From Gemmatimonadota bacterium (GTDB lineage: Bacteria; Gemmatimonadota; Gemmatimonadetes; Gemmatimonadales; GWC2-71-9): a DNA stretch of 64,000 nucleotides. This document shows positions 17,005 through 25,912 of this stretch, piece after piece; position 1 is the stretch's first letter, and every line of letters starts with the position of its first letter. The translations under genes were made by a program, and so were the position numbers. The notes under the pieces were generated by a model, which was not told where the DNA came from, made no database searches, and was given only the letters and a program-made list of their open reading frames with translations. The stretch lies in the NCBI GenBank assembly GCA_039586365.1, contig JBDHKN010000006.1:64001-128000 (forward strand), read 5' to 3'.

Positions 17005-19083
17005 TCAGAGTGTGAGGAGCGGCGCAATCACCAGGCTCACTACAGCCATGAGCTTGATGAGAATGTTGAGTGAGGGCCCGGCAGTGTCCTTGAACGGGTC
17101 GCCCACGGTGTCTCCTACGACCGCTGCTTTGTGCGGATCGGAGCCTTTGCCACCGAAGTGACCGGCTTCAATGTGTTTCTTGGCGTTGTCCCAGGCACCA
17201 CCCGAGTTGGCCATGAAGAGCGCCATGAGCACGCCGGATGCAGTCACGCCAGCGAGCAGGCCGCCCAGCATCTCGGGCCTGCCTATGAATCCGACGACCA
17301 CAGGTACCAGCACGGCCAACAAGCCGGGCACAATCATTTGCTTGATGGCAGCCGCCGTGGAGATGTCCACGCAGCGGCGGAAATCGGCCTTGGCTTTGCC
17401 CTCCATCAAACCCGGAATGGTCTTGAACTGGTGCCGGACCTCTTCGATCATGGAAAACGCAGCCCTGCCCACGGCGGCCATCGCGAAACTCGAGAACAGG
17501 AACGGCATCGCGGAGCCGAGCAGGATGCCGACCATGACTTTGGGCACCATCACGTCGATGCTCTCCAGGCCCACGGTGGTGGTGAAGGCACTGAACAGGG
17601 CCAGTGCGGTGAGGGCGGCGGAACCTATCGCGAAGCCCTTACCGATTGCGGCGGTAGTGTTCCCCACCGCGTCCAGCTTGTCGGTGCGCGAACGCACCTC
17701 CGGACCCAGTCCGGCCATCTCGGAGATACCGCCTGCGTTGTCTGCGATCGGACCGTATGCGTCGACGGCGAGTTGGATGCCTGTGGTGGACAGCATGCCG
17801 AGGGCCGCGATGGCGATGCCGTACAGACCGGCAGTCTGGAAGGCGATGAGGACTGCGGCGCTGAGCGCGATGATCGGTAATGCGGTGCTCCTCATGCCGA
17901 GTGCTAGACCGGCGATGATGTTAGTGGCCGCGCCGGTCTCCGAAGCCTTGGAGATACGCTGCGCCGGGGAACGGTTTTCCGCGGTGTAGTACTCGGTGAT
18001 CAGACCGATGGCAATACCGCCTGCCAGGCCGGCTATGGCAGCCCAGAAAACGCCGATGGCGCTGTAGTCGCGCCCGGCAAAGGTCCATGTCTCGGGAAGG
18101 ACCATCCTGATCACGAAGAAGGAGACGACCAACATCAGAATTCCGGCGCCGAAGGTGCCAATGTTGAGAGCTGCCTGAGGGTTACCGCCTTCCTTTGTCC
18201 GTACGAAGAAGGTTCCGACGATTGATACAACGATTCCGATGCCGGCCAAGATCAGCGGCAGGAATACGGCGCTGAGCCCGCTGAACCCGTCGTTGGCCAT
18301 GACCGGAATAAAGGTGGCCCCCAGGATCATGGATCCCACGATCGAGCCGACATACGACTCGAACAGATCGGCGCCCATTCCGGCCACGTCACCGACATTG
18401 TCGCCCACATTGTCGGCGATGACGGCGGGATTGCGGGGGTCGTCTTCAGGGATGCCGGCTTCGACTTTGCCCACCAGGTCGGCACCGACGTCAGCAGCTT
18501 TGGTGTAGATCCCGCCGCCCACACGGGCGAACAGCGCGATCGACGAAGCTCCGAGCGAGAATCCCGTCACGACCTGCAGCACCCTGACCCAATCCCATCC
18601 CACGTCTCCGATAAAGAGGTTGCTGTAGACGATCAGGAGTAAGCTGAGACCGATCACAGCGAGGCCTACTACGGACATGCCCATGACGGCGCCGCCGGAG
18701 AAAGCCACACCCAGCGCGCCGTTTAGGCCGTCGCGTGCCTTGCTGGTCGTACGCACATTGGCTTTGGTGGCGATCCTCATGCCAAAGAACCCGGCGAGGG
18801 CCGAGCATGTGGCGCCAAACACGAAGGAGACCCCTATGAGCCAGTGGCTGGTCTCCTGACCCGCATTGCCTGCCGCCAGAAGCACTGCAACAATGACTAC
18901 GAATATCGAGAGGACCTTGTACTCTCTGGCCAGGAAGGCCATGGCCCCCTCATGGATATGGCCGGCGATTTCCTGCATGAGCTCGCTGCCGGCATCCTGC
19001 TTGCCGATCCATGCGGACTTCGCCAACGCGAACAGCAGGGCTAGAACACCCGCTGCCGGAATTAAGTAAAACCAACTCCCCAT
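17005..19083 (-). CDS. hppA: Membrane-integral ion (Na+/H+)-translocating pyrophosphatase, K+-dependent type
   Basis: [34 protein letters not shown] (Ala at the K+-dependence position), [10 protein letters not shown]. Confidence 0.97.
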   Translation of the reverse strand: MGSWFYLIPAAGVLALLFALAKSAWIGKQDAGSELMQEIAGHIHEGAMAFLAREYKVLSIFVVIVAVLLAAGNAGQETSHWLIGVSFVFGATCSALAGFFGMRIATKANVRTTSKARDGLNGALGVAFSGGAVMGMSVVGLAVIGLSLLLIVYSNLFIGDVGWDWVRVLQVVTGFSLGASSIALFARVGGGIYTKAADVGADLVGKVEAGIPEDDPRNPAVIADNVGDNVGDVAGMGADLFESYVGSIVGSMILGATFIPVMANDGFSGLSAVFLPLILAGIGIVVSIVGTFFVRTKEGGNPQAALNIGTFGAGILMLVVSFFVIRMVLPETWTFAGRDYSAIGVFWAAIAGLAGGIAIGLITEYYTAENRSPAQRISKASETGAATNIIAGLALGMRSTALPIIALSAAVLIAFQTAGLYGIAIAALGMLSTTGIQLAVDAYGPIADNAGGISEMAGLGPEVRSRTDKLDAVGNTTAAIGKGFAIGSAALTALALFSAFTTTVGLESIDVMVPKVMVGILLGSAMPFLFSSFAMAAVGRAAFSMIEEVRHQFKTIPGLMEGKAKADFRRCVDISTAAAIKQMIVPGLLAVLVPVVVGFIGRPEMLGGLLAGVTASGVLMALFMANSGGAWDNAKKHIEAGHFGGKGSDPHKAAVVGDTVGDPFKDTAGPSLNILIKLMAVVSLVIAPLLTL

Positions 19084-19452
19084 TGCCCACTCCTTTCATG
19101 ACCACACGGGGTGGCTGTCACAACAACTGAGCCATCATTCGGTTTGCGTGAAAATGCTGTCCCCGAAAGGGACGGAGAAATGTGGTTGGAGGACCAGTGG
19201 CTCCATGGCACCCGTGGTGCCAAGACGCCACCGGAACACCGGGGGGAATGCCTCCAACCGTTCTGAAGATGTATCTACCAAGTCTGGACCGTCTGCCAGA
19301 TCTGAGGAATGCCGTGTCTATCAGAGAGCCTGCAAACGTAGGAATATACCCTACTGGACCGGACATTTTGAGGGTCACAAGCCCGATTCGGCGCTGCGAA
19401 TTTCACATTCCGATCTGGCCGAGGTTGCACCCGCCATGCTCGCACTTCGGAC

Positions 19453-20085
19453 CTACCCGAGCCTGTCCAATACCTGGGCTACGACGTCGTCCGGCGTGCC
19501 AGATCCATCGACTGTCACGAGCACGCCGGCCTTCTCATAGTAGTCGGCGATCGGGATTGTCTCACTACGGTAGATGGCTAGACGTTCCTTGATTGCCTCA
19601 GGCTTATCGTCGTCGCGCTGGTACAACTCGCCACCGCACCTGTCGCAGATACCCTCTCGCTTGGGAGGAACGAACTTGAGGTGGAAGATCGTGCTGCAAT
19701 CGCGACACTGACGTCTGCCCGACAGCCGCTCGAGCGAGACCTCCTCAGGTACGTCGATCAGAACCGCCGTGTCGATCTGCGCGATCCCGGATAGTGCCTC
19801 GGCCTGTTTCAGGTTCCGCGGGAATCCATCGAGCATGAAGCCGTTCACGCAGTCATCCTTGGCGGTCCGTTCCTGCACCATTCCACACGTCACGTCGTCG
19901 GGCACCAGCTCACCTCGGTTCATGTACTCTTGAGCCTTCCTGCCAAACTCGGTCCCTTGTTTGAGCGCGTCACGGAACATGTCGCCGGTGGAGATGTGCG
20001 GAACTCCGAATCTATCCTTGATCTTGCCAATAACGGTGCCTTTGCCCGACCCTTGGGGGCCCAGGAATACCATGTTTCTAGCCAT
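19453..20085 (-). CDS. adk: Adenylate kinase with Zn-binding LID
   Basis: GPQGSGKGT, HISTGDMFR, GELVPD, LDGFPR, CRDC...CDRC, QRDDD. Confidence 0.97.
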   Translation of the reverse strand: MARNMVFLGPQGSGKGTVIGKIKDRFGVPHISTGDMFRDALKQGTEFGRKAQEYMNRGELVPDDVTCGMVQERTAKDDCVNGFMLDGFPRNLKQAEALSGIAQIDTAVLIDVPEEVSLERLSGRRQCRDCSTIFHLKFVPPKREGICDRCGGELYQRDDDKPEAIKERLAIYRSETIPIADYYEKAGVLVTVDGSGTPDDVVAQVLDRLG

Positions 20086-20452
20086 TGAGATTTCCTTTAA
20101 GCGGTCGCAGGAAAACAGTTGTTGGGAGGGAGCAGGTCAGGATGCCGCTGTTACTGCCGTACCATAGACGAACGAACGTACGATTGTTGAGTGGGAACGC
20201 CGTTGGATGTTGGCCCGGCACCGGTCCGCCTGTCTGAAGTGCTAGGAATTGTACGCATCGCAGTTGTTTCGACAAGTGTCCACTGAATAGCGCCACTACG
20301 ACCGGAACGGCGAGCGCGGATGTACACGTGCCGACAAGCGCCTAGCGACAGCGTTCGCTGCTGTCGTTGCACCGCTCATGACGTTGTGCGAGACAGCGCA
20401 CACCGCCTATAGCATATAGATGCAGGCTGGGGACACTGTCGTCGTCCGAACG

Positions 20453-20923
20453 TCAGCCCGATTCGATCGGAATGTTCATCACGATTGCTTGCAGTTTCTC
20501 CATAGTCTCTATGTAGCGCGTGAAATAGATCTCGCTTATTCGCGTAGCCAAGGCGTATCCCATCACCAGATCCTTGTCCATGAGGCTTTTCAGCGCGCTG
20601 CTGCTGACCTTGAGCAGATCGGAGTCTTCGGTGCACTGAGCGGTCAGCGCGTATGTATCTCTCCGGAAGCAGACACAGGAGCCAAACATCGCCCCTTTTC
20701 CCAACTGGTCGATGACGATGTTGACACCGCCTCGGCCAGGTAATCGCAGCGTGACCTCACCGTCGAGTATTGTGAAAAAGTGATCGGCCTTGGCCCCTTT
20801 TTGGTACACGATGTCTCCGGCCTTGTAGTCCACTCTCTCGGCAGCCTCGCTGATTGCGTGGACCTGTTCCGGACGCAGAAACCCGAACATGTCCTGTGAT
20901 ATGAGTTGTACAGCCATGATCAT
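20453..20923 (-). CDS. Stand-alone cyclic-nucleotide-binding (Crp effector-like) domain protein
   Basis: YKAGDIVYQKG..ADHFFTILDGEV, LGKGAMFG, ALTAQC; no HTH. Confidence 0.85.
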   Translation of the reverse strand: MIMAVQLISQDMFGFLRPEQVHAISEAAERVDYKAGDIVYQKGAKADHFFTILDGEVTLRLPGRGGVNIVIDQLGKGAMFGSCVCFRRDTYALTAQCTEDSDLLKVSSSALKSLMDKDLVMGYALATRISEIYFTRYIETMEKLQAIVMNIPIESG

Positions 20924-21069
20924 CCTCCTTGTCCTCTGTGAGGACTGAGATTGGACGTGATGACAGAAGTTGTCTCCTCAGGCGGTGCGGAGCCCCGAGA
21001 CTACTCGCACCACCTTGCTCTTGGGTTCTTCAGCCCCTTGTGACGCGCCCACATCGACGTTGGGCCAAC

Positions 21070-21918
21070 CTAGCCGTTTTCGTTGCCGCGGGTGGGGACC
21101 GGGAACCTGCCGCAAATGAGACCGGCCCCCACCAGGGTCAGGCCAAAGACGCAGACGATGAGTGGGCCTGTCGGCAGATCGAATTGGAACGACAGGCCGA
21201 GCCCCGCGGCTGATGCAAGAGCGGACGTCAGCCAACTGATCGCGAGCAACAGCACCATTTTCCGGGTGAACAGAAACGCGACAACCGCTGGCACTACCAA
21301 GAAAGTGAAGACGAGCAACACCCCTGCTATGGGTACCGCCATCGTAATGGCAACGCCGAAGGAAACGTAGAACAGGAAGTCCCACCACCTGATGTTCCAG
21401 CCGCGTTGCTCGGCGGAGCGCTCGTCCAGCGAGATCGTGACAAAACGCTCGCGGAAGAACCACTGAAACAGGCCCACAGCGAGGAACACCAGGGCCAGGT
21501 TGATTATCCCGGGCCAGTTGACCCAGAGAATGCTTCCCACCAGGATGTCTTTGACGGCCTCGGCCCCGGTGGCAGCGCCATGAGCCGCCAGCATGGTAGC
21601 GGCCGATGCCACGACGAACACGATCCCGATGATGGCTTCCTGTGGAACGCGGCGGCGTTCCAGCTTGGTCCGAGTCATGGCGAAGATGAGGGCTCCCAGG
21701 ACAGTGAACGCGAGTGCGAAGCCGTAGCCGTACCGCGAGTCGGGTGAGACCCCGGTGAGCAGCGCGCAGGTGCTGCCCAGCGCTGCCATCTGTGCGAGCG
21801 AGAGATCGACGAAGATCACCTCGCGCGCAATGATGTGAATCCCAAGATACCCGAACATGGCGACGAGCACCATGCAGGCTACAAAGGGGCCGATCATTAG
21901 CTGGATTAGATCTGACAT
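21070..21918 (-). CDS. Metal ABC transporter permease (ZnuB/ABC-3 family)
   Basis: GIHIIAREVIFVDLSLAQMAALG, EAIIG, GVLLVFTFLVVPA, DLPTGP. Confidence 0.88.
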   Translation of the reverse strand: MSDLIQLMIGPFVACMVLVAMFGYLGIHIIAREVIFVDLSLAQMAALGSTCALLTGVSPDSRYGYGFALAFTVLGALIFAMTRTKLERRRVPQEAIIGIVFVVASAATMLAAHGAATGAEAVKDILVGSILWVNWPGIINLALVFLAVGLFQWFFRERFVTISLDERSAEQRGWNIRWWDFLFYVSFGVAITMAVPIAGVLLVFTFLVVPAVVAFLFTRKMVLLLAISWLTSALASAAGLGLSFQFDLPTGPLIVCVFGLTLVGAGLICGRFPVPTRGNENG

Positions 21919-21939
21919 TGGTTACCAGTTGGGTTCAGG

Positions 21940-23028
21940 TCATGTCCCACTTGCGGCGAGCGCCGCCGTTACTTCTTTCACCCAGAGGTCCATCAAGTCG
22001 ATGAACGTCTCGACCCCGGGGGTACCGGGAAGGACACTCGCCGGCACGATCACTGCTTCTGCTCCTGTCCTGCGTGCAACCAGCTCGACCTGGTCACGGG
22101 GAAAGTGAGCCGCTGACAGCAATACTCTGATGTTCCTGGACTGCATCAACGAGATGACTCTGGCGACGTGACGCGGTGTGGGTGGAATGCCAGGTTTGGG
22201 TTCGATGAACTCCGCACAGGGGATGCCAAACGCACGGGCGAAGTAGCTCCACGCCTTGTGGTAGCAGACGATTTCCCTCCCGCGGAATGGAGCTGTCTCT
22301 GCGAGCCACCCACCGATTCGGTCTGTCAGGGGATGTCCCTGATAGCTTTGTCGGGAGATGAATGACCAGAGTTCTCCGTCTCTATCGACTTCGGAAATGA
22401 GGTCTGTCCCCAGGAGGTCCACTAGCTCGTCCCCAACGTAGGCCCGCACGACCCGCTCTTTCCAGACCGCAAAGCGTTCGTCGTAGATGGCAGAGTTTTC
22501 TGGATCGATCCGCTTGAGTCCCGTCAGGATGTTCTCGCCTATGATGATGCCGTTGGCCGGCTCGTTCCAGATGTGCGGGCAGCCGTAGATGTGCGAGTCA
22601 CCCTCGGACCGACTGACTGTTTCGGGCACGTCTGCGAGCCGAATCCCGGTCGCCACGGCGACAAAACCTGGTGAGCCGCTGGCGACCCTGGGGTTGTTGG
22701 CTTTGTCCATCACCGCGGGCATCCACATCTCCAGATCGAGCCCGGTGGTGATCAGTAGGTCGGCCCGCCGCAGCGTCAGAGCGAGGCTCGGTTTCGGCTG
22801 CACGAAATGGGGATCTTCGGGGCCCTCTGCAAGTGACGCTATTTCGACCAGGTCACCCGCCACCTGGCGTGCAATATCGGCGTACGTCGTGAGTGACGTC
22901 ACAACGCGAAGCTGGCCGCGCCTGTGGCGGTGCCGGGACTGGGCATGCAGCAATGAGGCTGGCAGTGTCAGAGCTAGCGTCAGGGTCGCCACTGCCAGGA
23001 TGAACTGAGGTCGGCTGTTGTACTTCAT
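21940..23028 (-). CDS. Metal ABC substrate-binding protein (ZnuA/TroA family)
   Basis: Signal peptide; EDPHFV.PKPS, GLDLE.W, H...PHIW, YH..W.YF, EPKPGIPPTPRH; start taken at ATG 23028. Confidence 0.9.
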   Translation of the reverse strand: MKYNSRPQFILAVATLTLALTLPASLLHAQSRHRHRRGQLRVVTSLTTYADIARQVAGDLVEIASLAEGPEDPHFVQPKPSLALTLRRADLLITTGLDLEMWMPAVMDKANNPRVASGSPGFVAVATGIRLADVPETVSRSEGDSHIYGCPHIWNEPANGIIIGENILTGLKRIDPENSAIYDERFAVWKERVVRAYVGDELVDLLGTDLISEVDRDGELWSFISRQSYQGHPLTDRIGGWLAETAPFRGREIVCYHKAWSYFARAFGIPCAEFIEPKPGIPPTPRHVARVISLMQSRNIRVLLSAAHFPRDQVELVARRTGAEAVIVPASVLPGTPGVETFIDLMDLWVKEVTAALAASGT

Positions 23029-23029
23029 G

Positions 23030-24286
23030 TCAGTAGCTCTCGTGTTTGTGTGGACCAATTGACCAGACGATTTGGATCACGAACAGATCGGAGGTGTCCT
23101 TCCCGATCGCTGTTGCCGGCTCGGACAGGTGTCGCCACTCGGCTCTCAAGAAGACCCACTCGGATTGCCACCAGGTGAGTTGAGGTACGACGGCCCAGAC
23201 ATGCTCGTCGGAGTCGAGCCGCTCGACGTAGTCGAATCGGCCGCCGAGGTGGACTCTGCGAGAGGTCTGATAGTCGGCCGACACGTAACCGCCGTAGCGG
23301 ATGGTTCCGACACCACCAATCTTGCGCCGGACGCCGAAACCCTCGCCACGCAGAGTGAACGACCGGTACAGTGCCCGTTCCGGGGGTCGCCAGGTTATCC
23401 GCAGGTCGGTGCCAAACGCGGCTGTCGTCAGGTCCGCGTCCGGGTTTTCCCCGTATAGCGCGGTACCTCCGATCTGGAAGTAGGTTGACCGGTTCAGCTG
23501 CCAGAAGTTGTTCAGGTGACCCAAGACGGAGAGGCGTTTGCCACCGTCGAATAGCACGGCGTTGTTGGCCAGAGTGACCTGTCCCCAAGCTTCATGTACT
23601 CCACCCCCGACCGTGCTGATGGGAGCAAGCCAATAGAGGCTCATTCCTTCGCTTGCCAGGCCCTCGTCGCCGAAATACTCCGTGAGTACCAGGGGGTACT
23701 CGCTCTCCGGCAAAGCGTGCAAGTGCCACCGGTTCAGCTCGCCTGCCTGGAGGCGGAATCTGCCGATGTCGAGGCGTAGTCCACCGGGCAAGCCGGTCCA
23801 GTAGGCGTACGCCTCCTCGAGACCGACGTGGCCTTCACCGAAGGAGAAGAAGATCTTGGTGTTGGAGTAGGGATCGAGGGCCGATTGAAATCCGAAGGAG
23901 AACTCCCTGACGGCGATGTTGTTCTCCTGCGGACCAGGCCGGTTGCCCTGAAGTCTGACGTCGCCGGTGACACTGATTTCTGGATTCAAGCGGTTCAGGC
24001 TTCGGGAGCGGATAACGTGCTGCTCCGGTGTGGTGTCCGCCGGCTGTTCGGGGATTACCGCTCTGGCAGCGGCACGTAATGCGGCGAGTTCGTCCACCAC
24101 CTCGGTGGTGTCCTCGCCGGCCCGGACTAGCCGCTCCAGTACTTGCTGGAGCGAGTCCAGCCTGGCCTTGAGGATCCGAATCTCCTGCTCGAGCGAGTCG
24201 GCCCGCTCGGTGACCTCCTGTGCCTGTACGGGCAGCGGGATGATCCAGACGGCGAAAACCGCCAGGTAACGCAATCCGGTACGCAT
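23030..24286 (-). CDS. Outer-membrane beta-barrel associated with metal uptake (N-terminal coiled coil)
   Basis: Signal peptide; LNPEISV.GD, LEEAY, LNRWHLH, C-terminal GPHKHESY. Confidence 0.75.
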   Translation of the reverse strand: MRTGLRYLAVFAVWIIPLPVQAQEVTERADSLEQEIRILKARLDSLQQVLERLVRAGEDTTEVVDELAALRAAARAVIPEQPADTTPEQHVIRSRSLNRLNPEISVTGDVRLQGNRPGPQENNIAVREFSFGFQSALDPYSNTKIFFSFGEGHVGLEEAYAYWTGLPGGLRLDIGRFRLQAGELNRWHLHALPESEYPLVLTEYFGDEGLASEGMSLYWLAPISTVGGGVHEAWGQVTLANNAVLFDGGKRLSVLGHLNNFWQLNRSTYFQIGGTALYGENPDADLTTAAFGTDLRITWRPPERALYRSFTLRGEGFGVRRKIGGVGTIRYGGYVSADYQTSRRVHLGGRFDYVERLDSDEHVWAVVPQLTWWQSEWVFLRAEWRHLSEPATAIGKDTSDLFVIQIVWSIGPHKHESY

Positions 24287-24379
24287 GTTTGTGCATCCTC
24301 GCTAGCGTCAAATGGAACACGCGGTCGCAGGCCCGACATTCGGGCCGCGTCCGTCAGTGCGTGAGGTCGATTTTGATCG

Positions 24380-24742
24380 CTAGTAGGACGGCGGTGCCCG
24401 AGCTGCGTTTGCGGGGGAGTCGCTGAGGGGTGAGGTACGGGGTTCTGCGCAGTTCAACGGTAGCTGCCAGGAGGTGACGTGTCCTACTGAGAACGTGTGG
24501 TCCGTCGCTGCCGAGAACTCCTGGCCAGCCCCGCAGATGAAACAGAAGGTCGCGACGCAGGAGACCGGATCCTGGTCGTGACCTGGTTGCGTGACCGATT
24601 CGGCTGTGTAAGGTGGCGGTTCGTCGGGATGGATAATGGGGTGGATGACAGGGAGCCAAGTGACTGTGGCGAGTTGCAGCCATGCCACCGCGAAGGGCAC
24701 CACCCTGCTGTGCCGACTGCAGCTGCGACCCTGGCTCCACAT
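24380..24742 (-). CDS. DUF2946/CruR-like leader peptide with CxxC and C-terminal RAPP motif
   Basis: Hydrophobic N-terminal segment, His residues, C..FCFIC, ends AARAPPSY*; first gene before the metal importer; start uncertain. Confidence 0.7.
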   Translation of the reverse strand: MWSQGRSCSRHSRVVPFAVAWLQLATVTWLPVIHPIIHPDEPPPYTAESVTQPGHDQDPVSCVATFCFICGAGQEFSAATDHTFSVGHVTSWQLPLNCAEPRTSPLSDSPANAARAPPSY

Positions 24743-24874
24743 GGTTAACCAATCAAACAATTGAGCCATTTCGCGGCATAGACTTCTCCGCTCTTCTTTC
24801 GGACGTGGCGACGCACAGATCAAAGGCGTGCTCAGCATCACGCTGGAGTCCCTGCCACCGAGTTGGTTGAGCGC

Positions 24875-25285
24875 TCAGACTAGAAGTTCCCTGACTTTCT
24901 CCAGGAACGCGTCTTTGTCGATCGGCTTGGGGAAGAAGCCGTTAGGCGCTGGTACCGAGCGACGACCGCTGATGAATTTCTCGTATCCGTACGGATCACC
25001 AGCGTATCCCTTTACAGCCGTGACGATGACCACCGGTATGGAGGCCAGCTCCGGATCAGTTCTAATCTCCTTGTAGAATCTCGCGCCGGTTGTCTCGGGC
25101 ATCAGAATGTCGAGCGTCACCAGGTCCGGTCTCTCTTGTCGCGCCATCGCGATGCCCTCTTTCCCATCACTTGCAGTGACGGTCGTGTAGCCCGCGTCGC
25201 TCAGCAGCATCTCGAGGTAACTAGCTACGTTTGGCTCGTCTTCTACAATGAGGATCTTCTTGGTGTTGTTTGCAGTTGTACTCAT
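24875..25285 (-). CDS. Stand-alone response regulator receiver
   Basis: ILIVEDE, PDLVTLDILMP, IVTA, PKP; GGAGG before ATG 25285. Confidence 0.92.
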   Translation of the reverse strand: MSTTANNTKKILIVEDEPNVASYLEMLLSDAGYTTVTASDGKEGIAMARQERPDLVTLDILMPETTGARFYKEIRTDPELASIPVVIVTAVKGYAGDPYGYEKFISGRRSVPAPNGFFPKPIDKDAFLEKVRELLV

Positions 25286-25336
25286 AGCGGGCCTCCTTCG
25301 GCCCAGAGTCAATCCAGGTTCGGTATCAAGGGACGC

Positions 25337-25882
25337 CTACCCGGATTCATCGGTTCCCGGTGGCGGTTTCTTCTTCAACATCGCGAGGGCACGACGTAGT
25401 GCGTGCGGATCCGCACCCTGAATCTCCTGTTCCAGTTCCTCTTTGAGGCTAATCCTGTCCGTAGTGTGCACCGTCTCTTCCACCCCCAAGGCCTCCTGGA
25501 CGATTCGTACGTAATCCAGCGGCCTCACCGGTTTTTCTAGGTAGACGCCGGTGCCGGACAATACCTTGCCTTCCATGATGTCTTCCATATCGTGCTGGCC
25601 AAGCTCATCCTGCGCATGTGCAGTAACGATCAGCACTGGAATCCGCGACAGGTCCTTGTCCTTGCGTAGCTCGTACAGCAGCCGGCGTCCACTCTTCCGT
25701 GGCATGACAAGGTCAAGCGAGATGAAGTCGGGCCGCCGCTCCTGAATCAGCTTGAGGGCTTGGTCGCCATCGGAAGCCCTGAGGACGTTGAAACCAGCGT
25801 CTTCGAGAATCTGAGCCAGGTAGGTCTGTACGTTCGGTTCGTCGTCGACTACTAGAACGATCTTGTCCTGGGCTCGTGCCAT
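25337..25882 (-). CDS. Receiver domain protein with short helical C-terminal extension
   Basis: VLVVDDE, PDFISLDLVMP, IVTA, EKP; no recognisable HTH. Confidence 0.9.
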   Translation of the reverse strand: MARAQDKIVLVVDDEPNVQTYLAQILEDAGFNVLRASDGDQALKLIQERRPDFISLDLVMPRKSGRRLLYELRKDKDLSRIPVLIVTAHAQDELGQHDMEDIMEGKVLSGTGVYLEKPVRPLDYVRIVQEALGVEETVHTTDRISLKEELEQEIQGADPHALRRALAMLKKKPPPGTDESG

Positions 25883-25912
25883 GGTATTGCCTCTTCGTAC
25901 ATTTGTCGTCCA

